Source: Lama glama (Eukaryota). From it: a DNA stretch of 64,000 nt. The number at the start of each line of letters is the position of its first letter. Position 1 is the first letter of the stretch. The stretch lies in NCBI GenBank assembly GCA_028534125.1, contig CM052816.1, positions 59,212,001 to 59,276,000 on the forward strand. Reading direction: 5' to 3'. Shown in pieces: positions 12,970-25,537 of this stretch. The notes below the pieces were generated by a model. That model worked only from the letters and a program-made list of their open reading frames with translations, ran no database searches and was not told the origin of the DNA. The translations under genes were made by a program, and so were the position numbers.

Positions 12970-13889
12970 GACAGCCCCGTGGATCCTAGTTATGGGACCC
13001 TCTTTCCCGCTGGCTCTATCGCCCCTGCTACCTCGATCCCTGAGGGAGGAATAGGAGTGCCCAGCTTGTCCCAGGTAGAAGCCCCTGGGCTTGGTCTAAT
13101 GAACACACCACCCCTGCCAGTGAGCAGAAGGAAAGTGAGAACTGACCTTTTTAGTTTCTAAAGTGGGAGACACGTTCTGCCTTCTGCCAAGATGCATGCT
13201 ATGAGAACACCTCAAAAGGAAGAAGGAATTTCAGGGGCTGAGAAGTTAAAAACCTGACAAGTAGCCACATCAGTATCTTTTAAGTCAACTAGTGTCTTTA
13301 AGTAGGCGTATTAGTCTTTGGAGAGAGGCCCTGAATAACACAAACAGCGGGTCTAGAGCCAAGCCAGTTGAAGAAGAAACTGTAATGATTAATGGCAAAA
13401 CTCGTAAAGTGTAGTCCACATCTCTCATCCACATTGAGAGAGGTGGGGTAATGTGGAGTCTTTCTGCTCAAAATGATTGGTTTCTGGCTTTATGACCCCA
13501 AATGGAAGAGGCAAACACCAGGGTCCACATGTCCCTTGTCCTCTCTGACTCTGCCACAACAGTCATCTGTGATGAGGCAGACAAGTGCCAAGAAGTGGGG
13601 AGCAAAATCTTCTCTGGATTAGAAGAGAAGTGAAATGAGGTACATGCTGCCAGAGCCATTGGTCGGAATCACTGCTGAGCAGTAGATGTCCACGTCCAGA
13701 GGGTCCTTATGGAGACATGTAGAGAGAAGAGTGTCAGGGAGAAAGTCAGTTCCTTTGTCTTCCCTTGGGAATACATAAGATTCTAAATAATTCAGAGCCT
13801 GAAAATGAAAAGCTACCGCCATGGCAAGGTTCTTGGCTCCACTCTTCTCATCACCATGCCTTCTGTAGGCGATGCCTTCTGCAGGGATC

Positions 13890-14281
13890 CTTTGTCCATT
13901 TGCATTTTCGTTATATATTGACCACCTCCTGGGCCAGACACCATGCTAGGCACTGGAGATGCAAAGATGAAAAGACTTGTTCCCTGCCCTCAGGGAGATC
14001 CCAACATAGTCAGGGAGACTGACATGCTCAAAAAAGCTACAAAGCACTATTCATGAGCACTTATCAGTGTTTTGTGTGGAATTGTGTATATTTTCATGTG
14101 TTTAGTTATTCACCCTGTGTCCTCCACCCCTACAATGCAATGAACTTTGTCACATTCACTGCTATATGTGCAGCACCACAGCACCTAGAGTCTAGAGAAT
14201 GATAGGGATTCAATACATATTCATGAGTAATGTCTATGAAGAAGTGTATCAGAAAGAGTGCACAAATCTACTGAGGGAAAT
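13890..14281. mobile_element. L2 fragments
   Basis: 'ccagacaccatgctaggcactggagatgcaaagatgaa...tccctgccctcagggag'. Confidence 0.6.
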
Positions 14282-14295
14282 GAGGGAAGGTTTCC

Positions 14296-15203
14296 TTCCA
14301 CAGGCTTTGGGATTGTTGTTTCTTATTTCTGGTATCTGCCCTGGTGGATGAGGCTGGACTAGAGGCTTATGCAGGTTTCCTGGCAGGAGGAGCTGGTGCC
14401 TGCCCACTGCTGGGGGAAGCTTGGTCCTGGACCTCTGGTGGGTAGGGCAGTGTCTAGAGGCCTTTGTGGCTTAGCAAGTCTGCTGATGGGTGTGGCTGTG
14501 TTCCCACCCTGTGTATTGTTTGGCCTGAGGCTTCCCTACAGGCTGTTGGGTGGGGCTAGATCTTGGTGCTAATGATCCAATCAAGATGTCAGCCTCCAGG
14601 AAAGCTCATGTAGATGAACACTCCCGGAATGTCCGCCACCAGCTTTTGTGTCCCCTGAGTGAGCCACAGCCATCCCCTACGTCCCCAGGAGACCCTTCAG
14701 ACCCAGCAGGCAGGCCTGGCCCAGGTTCCTAAGAAATCACTTCCTCTGTCCTTGGACCTGGTGCACGTGAGCTTCTGTGTATGCTTCTTAGGCGAATGGA
14801 GCCTCCCTTTCCCCCAGTCCCGTTAGGCTCCCAGGGGCAAGCCGCCCTGCCTTCAAAAACCAGATGTCCTGGGGTCTCCTTCTCTTCCCAGTGCCGAGAC
14901 CCGAGCTGGGGAGCCTGACGTGGGGCTTAGAGCTCTCACTCCTGTGGGAGGGCCTCTGCGACTTAACTGTTCTTCAGCTTGTGGGTCGCCTGCCCCGGGG
15001 TATGGGGCCCAATTATATGGCGAGCACACCTGTCCTACCGTCCTGCTGTGGTTCCCTCTTTATGTTTCCAGTTGCAGGAGATCTTTTTTGCTAGGTTCCA
15101 GTCTTTTTTGATGGTTGTTTGGCATTCAGTTGTGGTTTCATTGTAGTCACAAGGAGAGGCAAGCTCGTGATCCTACCACTCTGCCATCTTGATCGGAAAT
15201 CTG
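14296..15203 (-). mobile_element. Isolated artiodactyl-type L1 5'UTR (3'-truncated, no poly-A), flanked by 14-bp TSD
   Basis: Minus strand begins 'cagatttccgatcaagatggcagagtgg' (L1 5' terminus with YY1 motif) and ends '...cagataccagaaataagaaacaacaatcccaaagcctgtggaa'; 'gagggaaggtttcc' occurs at both 14282-14295 and 15204-15217. Confidence 0.85.
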
Positions 15204-15256
15204 GAGGGAAGGTTTCCCAGAGGAGAAGTCTCCACGTCATTGTGATTCAGTGACAT

Positions 15257-15684
15257 TGTGGTGAACTGATTGCATTATTAGCCACAGGATTTTCATACCT
15301 CCCTACTTGACAGTGAGCTTGACCATGTGACTTGTTTGGACAATGGGATAGTAGCAGACTTGAGGCAAGCAGAAACTTGAAATGTGGTTTCTGATTTCTC
15401 TCTTGGAACCCTGCCACCACCAGAAACACAAGCCTAGACTAGTCTGCTGGGAGACAGGAGACCATATGAAACAGAGATGAGTTACCCCAGCTGAAGCCCA
15501 TCCCAAGCCAGCTAGCCCCATCTGGGTGGACAGCTGACTGCAAATACATGCGTGAGCCCAGTTCAGATCAGAAAAGCTGCTCAGCTGATTCAAAGAATGA
15601 GAAAAAAATAAATGGCTGTTTTAAGCCAATAAGCTTTGAGGTAGTTTGTTACAAAGCGTTATTGTGGAGTAGATAACTGATACA
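15257..15684 (+). mobile_element. MaLR solo LTR (MLT1H-like)
   Basis: TG...CA; 'gaccatgtgacttgtttggacaatgggat', 3' end 'gttttaagcca...tttgaggtagtttgttac...agataactgataca'. Confidence 0.8.
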
Positions 15685-16184
15685 CTCACCATCTCACTTA
15701 ACAACCATCTGTGAAAAAAATGCTTTTTATTGCCACTTCAAATATAAGATAACTGAGGCTCAGAAACCAACATAGGAGGAAAATAAAATTTAGCCTGAGT
15801 CTTCATACCATAGCTGCCTTTGGATATATCAGCGAAATATGACTCTGATATATCCTGGGAGCCTGTGAGTAAATTATGTAAAGGAAGGAGGGAGGGAGAG
15901 AGGGAAGAAAGTAGGGAGAGGAGAAAAGGAAGGATGATGAGAGAAAAAAGGGAGGGAGGGAGGAATCTGTTTGACCTCCAAGGCAATGTTGGTTCCACTA
16001 ATTTAGCCACACAGGTGGTACTCAAGGAATTCTAAGTGATGTTTATTATAAACCCTAGGCTAACCTAAGAAATAGATGAAAGATAACTTTTCTAAGAGTG
16101 AAAAAGTAGAAGAGGAATAGACAAGAAAGAACAGAGGAAAGGATGTATTTATTTCTATGAGACAGATGAAATTATTTATCCTAC

Positions 16185-16720
16185 TTTTGGCTGCGTGGTC
16201 AGGGAAGGACTCCCTGAAGAGGTGGCAGTCTGAGATTTGACAAACGAGAGAGAACCAGCGATGTGAGGATCAGTGGGAACAACATTCCAAGGCAAGAGAA
16301 CAGCTGCGGCAAAGGAACGAAGGCTAAAACAAGCCTGAAAAGTTCAAGGACTCCAAGGAGGGCTGGGGTAGCCGGAGCGAAGTAGAGGGGGGAGGGCAGA
16401 GTTTATTCTAAGTGATGTCTGACATGTGCTTTGGAAAATGTGGCCCTAGAGAATGGGTGGTGGGGAGAATAGATCACAGGCAGGCAGACATGGAAGCAGG
16501 GAAACCAAGGAAGAGGTTATTGTAGTTGTCCCTGGGAGAGCTGATGTTTTCGGGACTGTGACACTGGTGGCAAAGATTGTGAAAAGTGGATTTTTCTTGG
16601 AAGTAGAGTCAACCAGACTTGTCAGTGGGCTGAATGTCAGGGCAAGACAGGAGTCAAGAATACGCCCAAGTTTTTGGCTTGAACAACTGGGTGAGCAGTG
16701 GTACCACAGAGACCACTGCA
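16185..16720 (-). mobile_element. L2 fragment
   Basis: 'gtggtcagggaaggactccctgaagaggtggca', 'aggagtcaagaatacgcccaagtttttggcttgaacaactggg'. Confidence 0.75.
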
Positions 16721-18149
16721 GGAAGAAAAGGGTTTTGTTTCGTGTTTTCCAGAGTAGGGCATTAGTAGGGAAAGGAGGATGAAGATAGAATGAAAATGAA
16801 GGGTTAAAAACGTAGTGCCTGCATTGGGGAGGAACTGGGTAAGCTCCTTCACAGTATCACTCTGAAGCATCAGTCCTCAGGCTGTGTGCCCTGATCTAAT
16901 GTTTTCATGTGTGTGAATGATCCAGGATGGTTAGAGTGTTGTGGAATAAAAACAAACAATTAAAAAATTAAAATAGAACCACAGCACTGCTGAAGAACAT
17001 CTTGTTAGTAAATAGCAACAGCTCAAGGCAGAGTATGCAGTTTGTTTTTCCTCTCCTGACCTAAGCACAGCACACGTGTGAGGCCAGCAAGTGTCTGTGG
17101 TGGGTTCTCAGCCAACCACCTCCCTTTCCACACATCCGCCTCTCTGCCACGATGGAAAAAAAAGGCCTTTGGGTCTGTTTTCTAATATAGCTCGCACTTT
17201 AAGAGCACTTCAGCTGATTGCTGACAACAGCTCAGTGAAGTGAGCAGCAAGATACCATTATTCCCGGTTTTTAAGTCCGGAATCTGAAGCAGAGGCAAGG
17301 CCACATGACTGGGGGGCTGGGCCCTTCCGGCATCTCGGTCTGCCATAGCCCCAGGCTGTCTCTCCCTCCCTGCTAAGGCTGACTGTGTTGCTGAAGGCCA
17401 GCCCTTTGAATTTCTCACACCTGTACTCCCAGCTTTGGGACCATCTATTGTCAACCCCTACTTTCAGTGCCCTCCTGTCCTCACTCCCTCCCTCCCTAAC
17501 ACAGATGGCATGCTCGTTCCTTCACATTTTCTCTTGCACACTCAGTAAAACCCCGTGAGAACAGTCCTGTGGTAGCATGGCTTCAGTAAGGAGCCCCAGC
17601 TCGCGAACCTAGGCATGACAAGGCCCGCCGTTTTACACCGTGTATGATGTTACGGTGGGGTTTTTACCCCGCCATCAGCTCCTTTTTATTGCGCTTCTCC
17701 ATCACATCGGCTGGCCCGCTGTCCATCTCTTTGGGTTCAGCGCTTGGGCTGCTAGGAGCTGCTGGTGGAAATCACCAGCCGGCCAGATAAAGGCCAGTGC
17801 AGGCTCTTCTGGGCCCTAGGCCCCGCTCTGAGATCCTGCTCTGTCTCCAGTTTTCCTGACAGTGTTTCCAGTCTTTCTACTCTCTTCAAACTTGATTCCT
17901 TCCTCGCTTATAGGAGATGACGTCCTACGTCCCAGAGACAGCAGAAGCCTTCAGATGGAAATGACTTCAACTTCTGGCCTTGGGATTCCCCCATGTTTCT
18001 GCAGCACTATTTATTTTTTCCCCTTCTGCTTACAGTGAAGTAGGTGGTCCTTCTCTGTTATGCAGTCTGTTCATTCACTGTGCTCTGGGTCTCTGTTTCC
18101 TCTGTCTTTCAGCTTGTGTATTTTCAGCTTTCCTCCTCAATAATTTTGA

Positions 18150-20070
18150 GTCTCTTTGTCAAAAAATAAGACAAAAGAAAAAAACCTTCCTTAGACCTCT
18201 GTCTCCTATTCTAGCCATTATTTTGTCAGTCTCCACTCATTCATAGCAAACTTCTCATCTTGACCATCTTTTTAATTCTAATCCACTCTTCTACCTCTTA
18301 CCAAATCTGGCTTCCTTCACCATCACTCTAAACTTGTTCCACTAAGCTCCCCAATGATCTCCATGTTGCTGGATTCAGTGGACACGCCTTCATCTGATCT
18401 GACCTCTCAGAAAGATGACACACAGTTAGACATCCCTTACTTACCTCCAGGAAACATTCTGGACTTGACACCATTCCCACTAGGTTTCCTTTTGACTGAC
18501 TGACCAGCCCTTCTTTTTCACTCTGCACTGTAGTCTCCTCCTCTTCCTCTCCTCAGGTATTAAATTTCTTCTTCTCACTTAATGCACTCCTCAGATGATC
18601 CCGGCCATCTCCTGCACACTGATAACTCCCAAACTGTGACCTACTGTCACAAACTTTCTCCTAAGCTTCAGACCCAAGTATCCATCTGCCTACTTGACAT
18701 GTGCATGTGTAAGTTTAATAGACCTCAAAATGAAAATGTGCAAACTTGAACTTGTGATCTTTCTCCTTAACACTGTACTCTTCCTCCAGCATACAACTCT
18801 GCAGTCCACTCAATTGTGCCTATAAAAATCCTAGTTTTTGCCTGTGATAAGTACTGTCATTCTGGCCTACTTAGCATTCACTCACCATTATACTGGTAAG
18901 AGCTCTTCAAATTTCCTTTCCCACTCTGGGTCTGTTTGCTTTAGTGGAACAGATTCTGCCGTTCAGCTCCAGGGCTGATACCCAGGACTAGCCAATGAAG
19001 CTCAATTCTAGGATATTTCCTGAAAAGGATGGGAAGTTCTCTTCTGCTGGCATTGCTTCTTTGTGAGAATGTGAACCTGGAGTTGCCAGCATGTAGAAGG
19101 TACTTTCCAAAAAGAGGGTGAAGCGAAAGCAGCAGACAAGAATCCGAAAGACGTTATCTGAACTCCTGGATCCAGCCATGCCTGAAGCACCTGAGTGACT
19201 CCCAGGACTTTTCCTGTACTTGAATCAATCAGTTTCCTTTCAGATTTAAGCCAATTTGAATTGGGTTGCAATCACTTGTACAGAAACAGTCCTATTATCT
19301 TTAATGTCTCCCCTTCCCTTACCCCTCCACTTCCCTCCTCATACAAACAATCCCTCAGTCTTTTTGATGCCACTTTCTAATTAGTTAAATATCTCTAACA
19401 TCACTCTTCTTGGATTCATCCCAGCCCTCACTAGGCCAAACCATCACCTTTCAGCTGGACAGTCACAGTGGCATTCTAACTTGTTCCTTCTCTCCACTCA
19501 TTTCTTCAGTCTGCTCTCTACACATTGGTCAGCAAGATCCTAATAAAATCTAAATCTGACCATGAGTCTCTTCTGCTTAGAGCTCTTCAATGCCCCCTTT
19601 TGCCCCTATTATTAAGTCTCAGTGGCCTCTGAATTGGCTGGTCCCTGTCTAACTTTCCAGCTTTATCTCATTCCATTTTCCCTCTTAGTCTCTTCATCCC
19701 AGCCGTGCTAGGTACTACTTCTGAGTCTCAGCACCTTTGCAAATGCTGTTCCCAGTACCTGGAACAATCTTCCCACGACCTCCTGCTAACTATGATTGAA
19801 AGATCATTCCTCAGGAGTAGGCTCCCCTAACATACAAAACCAGGGCCCTTTCTTCCCTGAGCCATCTCTCACACCCTGAAACCTTGTATTCTGTCCTTTT
19901 CTTTCTCAGAATTGGTATTTGTCATCATTCTAATTAAGCATTTAATGTTAATGATGAACATACAATCCAACTCTCCCCACTAGACTATAAGCCCCATGAG
20001 GACAGGAATCATGCTTGTTTTGTTCACCACCATAGCTGATCAAAGGGCCTGACACAGTTTTGACTAATGT
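18150..20070 (+). mobile_element. L2 element (interrupted by an MLT1 LTR)
   Basis: 'ccaatgatctccatgttgct', 'gacctctcag', 'catctgcctacttgacat', 3' part 'ctccccactagactataagccccatgaggacagg'. Confidence 0.8.
18843..19295 (+). mobile_element. MaLR LTR (MLT1I/J-like) nested in L2
   Basis: 'ctggatccagccatgcctgaagc', 'ttaagccaatttgaattgggtt...tcacttgtacagaaacagtcct'. Confidence 0.7.
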
Positions 20071-20377
20071 TCCTTTGTTCTGAGGACTAGGGAGTGAAGA
20101 GGGAGAGAGAAATTAAAGAAAAATAGAGATGTTTGATCAGATTTACAGATTTCATTTGAGACTAAAAGCTTCACATTTAAGGAGTTGACCATTTGTCATA
20201 CCATTAAGGCAGTATCTCTTCAGGTGAAGATAAAGCAGAAAGTTAGTCAATTTCCTAAAAATCTGGTTTATGTACAGAATAAAATATGAAAGAAAAAAGA
20301 AAAGGACTTCAGAACTTCATACAGAACTTCAGCCTTCCCTGTTCTTTTCAACAACGAGTTTCATGAAACAATAATAA

Positions 20378-20810
20378 AGAGAGAGGAAACCATACTAGAT
20401 TAAAGACTTCTAAGGGACATCGTAACTAGGTGCAATGCAGGGTCTTAGGTTTGAGTTTGGTTTGGATAAACCACTGTAAAGGACATTTTGGGGACAAGCA
20501 GGGGAAGTTTGCATACAGACTGGGTTTTAGATAAGATGACAATTTATTGACAAGAAAGATGGAGATTATTAAGTAAAGAAAGCAGATTACAAACAGCATG
20601 TGATCTCATTTTGGTAAAAATATTATATGTATATTTATATATGCATAGAAAAAGCTTTCAGGGAACACACAGGTGTGTTAACAGTGGTAATCTACGGGTG
20701 GTAAGAAAATGGTGCTATCGCTTTCTCATTCTTTTCATCTGAATTTATAACTTGCTACAAGGCACAAATACTGCTTTTGTAATAATGAAAATTAAAACAT
20801 GAATTAATTT
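20378..20810 (+). mobile_element. Old L1 3' end (L1MC4-like)
   Basis: 'tagattaaagacttctaagggacatcgtaactaggtgcaatgc', 'aaaggacattttggggacaa', 'aaaagcagattacaaacagcatgtg'. Confidence 0.65.
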
Positions 20811-21519
20811 TAAATGCTTAAAGTAGGCTTAAACAGACTCAGATTTTCACTGAAAGCCGTCCAGGACATTTTTTCTGTGTCCGCCACCTTAGAAATGAAT
20901 GGTGTGTCCCAACTTCTGAGTAGGTCTCAGCGTGAAGGATTAAAATTTTTAGCAGTCCTTGAACTGAAAGTGAATCAGTCAGATATTGAGCATGCATACA
21001 TTTTCTACTGGCAATGTCAGTAAATGACCTCCCCATCAGAAGCAGGAAAGGTTGCAGGAAAGCAGCCTTACAACGAGGTGCTCACACAATTACCAGGCAA
21101 TATGGAAGCAGCCATTTCCTACTCTAATGGGAAAATCCACAGTTCATCAACTCTTAAGGGTAGTCAGTACATAGAAAACTTAGGAAATGCTGAGTTCCAA
21201 TGCTAACTGACAAGGGGAGGGAAGAGTGTTTTGAAGGCATCTGTGAAAAACTGGAAAGGTCACTTATTGGACACTATTGAACTGTTTATCAAGAGACTTG
21301 TATTCAAGCCCCAGCCTTACTCCCAAGGGATTGGAAAAGCTCACAGCCATGGGAGCCCTCCTATTCCTTATCTGTAAAATGATGTCTAAACAAAATCTAA
21401 AATTTTAATTGCTTCACAACCATGGTTCATTGAATAACAAGATATTATGTTGGACACTAAGTCGCAACATTAAATACACTGAGAGAATTTTGCTGACAAC
21501 CCCTTTATGAATTCTCACA

Positions 21520-21550
21520 CTGCAGAGCAAGTTGCCTGTAGAGGGCACTA
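21520..21550 (+). promoter_or_regulatory. Candidate CTCF site with upstream motif
   Basis: 'ctgcag agcaagttg cctgtagagggcact': core resembling CCASYAGRKGGCRS preceded by TGCAG 9 nt upstream. Confidence 0.5.
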
Positions 21551-21579
21551 GTCAGTTAGTAACATCTCCTTTTTGAATC

Positions 21580-21740
21580 AATTTGACTCAAGAGCAGGAA
21601 GGGACCTTATAAATGCTACATATCCCACCCGTTTTCTTATAGAGAAGGAAATTGAGGCCCAGAGAAGCCAGGTGACTCGCTCAGAGTCACACAGCTAGCA
21701 CTGGGCAGAGCAGAGATAGAATAAAGAATTCTGATCCATG
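21580..21740 (-). mobile_element. MIR fragment
   Basis: 'agaaggaaattgaggcccagagaag...tgactcgctcagagtcacacagctag'. Confidence 0.7.
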
Positions 21741-22989
21741 TTTTGTTTTTTTTTAAACAAACTTACAGAGATCTAAAAATCAAATTGCATTTAGCTGTCC
21801 ATTTACTGAAAACAATACCATCACCATCGCCATCAAAAAAGGACACTATCCCAGAAAACCTACTCTTAATTAAGACATTTTTCTTGAAGGCATTTCATTC
21901 CAGTGCCGCTCCCCATTCACAGTGTTATCCAGTGATGTTCCCTTAGCCCATTATCATTTTGTCGATAAACTTCTTTGCCAAAGTATATAGTCCTCAAAAT
22001 GCATTGAGGGGCTGGATGGTGGGTACAGTTCTTTTTTTTTTTCCCCTCCTCATCCCATCAGTGGCTGAGGTTCCTTAAGGTTGATATTAGGTTATTCCAG
22101 TCATCTCTGACTGGATTATATCTAGCTTTACAAGATTGTCTATCCCTTGCCAGTATTCCAGAAGACAGTTCATCTGTTCAAACTCTAGCCCCAGATGGAC
22201 CCAGGCTCTGTAAAACCATGACTAGGACGTGCTTGATGTTATCCTTGGGCTTCTCTGGTTGTCGTTGTTTGGAGAAATAGGTATGCAGTGAAATTATACT
22301 GTAGTAGAGTCATCAACTTTGGAGCCAAACAGCCAGGCTTAAATCCTCTTGCCTCTACTCATCTATCAACCCGGTCTCCTTAGCAAGTTACTTTGGTTCT
22401 GTGAGTATCAGATTTCTCATTACAGTATTTACCTTACAAAGTGAGGATTACATGAGAAAATTATATAAAGTGCCTAGATCAGCGCCTATAGAATATGACC
22501 TTACTAGAATTAGAAGACAGCAAAATGCAGAATTCTACAGTGTAATGGGTTCAAGGTCATGGCTATTAAAGCAAGGTACTGTCTTTAAACCATCCCATGG
22601 AAAATAGATTAGATGGACACTCCAGGGCATGAGTTTCAGGAAAGTAGCTTTTAACCTACCCCAAGCTAGTGCTGGTGCTCTGATTGTCCACCGACTTTCA
22701 CAGCAGTGGCATTACTAACCTACAGCCGAAGTCACCACACACATGTTGGTGGTGATCAAAAAGCAGGCTCAATTAAGAATATGGGTGGAGGAACTTAGAA
22801 CAGTTAGCCACTCTTACTCCATGATATTTCCAGGGTGCAGAGAGAGCATTTCAGTTTCCTTTTTAACCCAGTCTTTTCATAGCACTTATGGAAAAGAGAA
22901 GGGAGGAGGTCCTCAAAAGCATGATGGTCCAAGGATAGGTACACTGTTGCTTTGGCTTTTTTTTTTTAATAGTTTTGCATGGTTGGGTC

Positions 22990-23146
22990 ATACCATTGAG
23001 TGCCTGTTATGTTCAGATCACCAGACAGGTATTATTTCATTCAAATTCCACCATAACCTGATGGGGAGATATTATTATTAACTTTAGTATGTTGATGGAG
23101 AAACTGAGGTTTGACAAGAGTGTGTTGCTTGCCCAGGTCACATAGT
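22990..23146 (-). mobile_element. MIR fragment
   Basis: 'gatggagaaaactgaggttt...ttgcccaggtcacatag'. Confidence 0.7.
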
Positions 23147-23744
23147 TCATAGTGTGATGGATGAAACCCTAAAAGAGAATCCAGAGTCCATGCTCTTTCC
23201 CTCTGCCTCTTTGGCATCGTATCTATTGGCTTTTGTGAATGTGGTAATAGTGGGCAAAAAGGCAGGTAGCAACCTGGGGAGGGGGAAGAAACTTAAGGAA
23301 TCTACTGAGAACGGAAACCATTTACATCCACAGTCTACGTTAACATGACTTTTCTGTTCCAAGGTATCATCAGCAAAACGTTACTGTTCCAGAAAGCCCA
23401 GGAAAATAACAGTTAGAAATGACTTTATTGTTCATTTTAAGAACTTCCTCCAAAGACCTTCAACTCATCTATAGAAAACATCAAAGGATAATTTTACCTC
23501 AACTTGAGCATTTTCAAACCCATCACCTCAAAATCTGCTCCTTGCTCTGTCCACTAATCCTAAAGATTATATTATGGTTCTCACCTAACCCTAACCAGAC
23601 CTTCTCTATCCTCACAATGAAAGACACACATTGAAAAAAAATCATACTTCAAAATCTCAAAAATATTCCCAACCTTGCTCTCCCCATTCTGAGCCTCTGC
23701 TAACACTGTCTAGATAGTTTTCTCTGTTACCTGTAAAGCATCTG

Positions 23745-23925
23745 TCTCTTAATTGGGGCTGATTTCACCTCCCAGGGGACAGTGAGCAATATCTGGAGAC
23801 ATTTTTGATTGTCATGATTAGGGTGCCGCTGGCAACTAGAGGGTGGAAGTCAAGATTGCTGCTAAACATCCTGTGATGCACAGGACAATCTCTCTCTTCC
23901 AACAAAGCATTATTCAGTATCAAAA
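23745..23925 (+). mobile_element. MER20 hAT DNA transposon
   Basis: 'ccaggggaca...gcaatatctggagacatttttgattgtcatga...tgctgctaaacatcctgtgatgcacaggaca'. Confidence 0.85.
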
Positions 23926-24260
23926 GGTTATTTTGATAATATTTTGGGAAGCTAGCATTTGAACCACTAATTAACAATGTCTAAATTAGTCCCATAAAGA
24001 AATTTCCCAGACTCTGAACCAATCTGGCTACGTTCTCATTCTCATTGCTCTTGATTTCTGCTGTCCCTGCAGCTCAGCGAGCCCCAGATCCATGGTGCCC
24101 TCCTTAAGAATTGCATCCAAAGTCTATACTGCAGAAATATATCTGCCTTTCTTTTTATGATGTTTTTATCTTCTTAGAACAAATCACCTCGTGATTCATT
24201 TATCTTTAATTTCTGCACTTTGTAGTCTGGATGAGCAGTTTGAATTGATGGTCTTGAGAC

Positions 24261-24850
24261 TGTTACCAAACTCAGGTTCGGCTCCTCACCACTGGAAAGC
24301 CAATACTCAAGAGACAATTGTGGGTAAAAAGGGAAAGTTGCTGTATTTAGGAGATTGGCAACCTAGGGAGAAGGAAGACTCATATACAAAAACCAACCCT
24401 GAAGATTTTGCTCAACCATGGAAGTTTTTAAAGGGAGAATCATTTGGGCAGGGGGTCACAGTCTTCATTATCTTCCAATACATGCAGACTTTCTTCTGAT
24501 TGGTTGGTGATGAGGTAACAGGGTGGTGCTCCAGGAATCTTGTGCTCAGCCTGAAGTTATCATCCTCCACCTGGCTGGGTGCCTTAGTTCCTGCAGAAGA
24601 ACTCATAGATATTGTTATGTATATTCCTTGAGGAGGAACCAGGACCCTGCCCCACGGCTGCACTATTGTTTCTTGACTGCTCCTTCTTTGTTTCTGCATC
24701 CCCTCCCTTCTCTGATAAGCAACTATTTGAATCTGCCTTTTGGAATTCAGGGAAGGTCAAGGAGGCTGAATGAAGCCTATTTCCTACACAAAAAAAAGGA
24801 CACGGAAAGGATTTATACAGGAAGGGCCCACAGGGTCCTGCTCTGTTTCA
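24261..24850 (-). mobile_element. ERV1-class solo LTR (590 bp) with 4-bp TSD
   Basis: Termini tgttacc...tgtttca; TSD 'agac' at 24257-24260 and 24851-24854. Confidence 0.85.
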
Positions 24851-25537
24851 AGACCAGTTTTTTTAGGATATCCTTATCTATCTAAATTGCAGAATCTGTG
24901 AAGCTGTGAAGATGGTTTACATGAACAGGGAGCATGTTCTTCTGCAACCAAACAGCACCAATTCATAGGGCTAATTCAAAGTAATAGAGACCATGGAATA
25001 CTTTTGAAACTGGAACTTTGATTTTTACTTCTTCTTCTAGATATTTCCACTGGTAACACATTTCCTTGGAAGTCAGTGTTTGAGTTATAAGATCAGTTTG
25101 TGACCTGAAAATGTAAACAGTCTACTTTCCCCGCTTGTGAAGGGTAAAAGGCAAAAGCAACCATAGATATATAAACAGTTCGAATACTGTTATTACTTAA
25201 GTCTTGAAATATTGTGCAATGATTTTCCAAAGGCAAGTAATGGGCTTTGAATCTTGGGGGCTTAATGAAGTTACATACCAGCCCTCACGGTGGGCACAGA
25301 AGCCAGGGCTTGCATTGCTGGAATGAAGCCCAGGATGATCTCAGCCTGTGCAGAGACTGTATTGATAAACCCACGGTGCCTTTGTATTAGGCAGCAGTGT
25401 ATCTGTCATCAGGAGCTTCACTGAACCTTCCTGAAGCTCTCAATCCCATCACCGAAATATTGCCTATCTTAAACATTTGCCGCAGGAAGGACGTTTTCCT
25501 TCTTTGAAGTTTTTGTGATGATATGATTCTACAGTCT

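Noticed and set aside
15637..15653. let-7-like 'tgaggtagtttgttaca'
   Set aside because: It is the standard 3' end of an MLT1 LTR; no pre-miRNA hairpin and not a full mature match.
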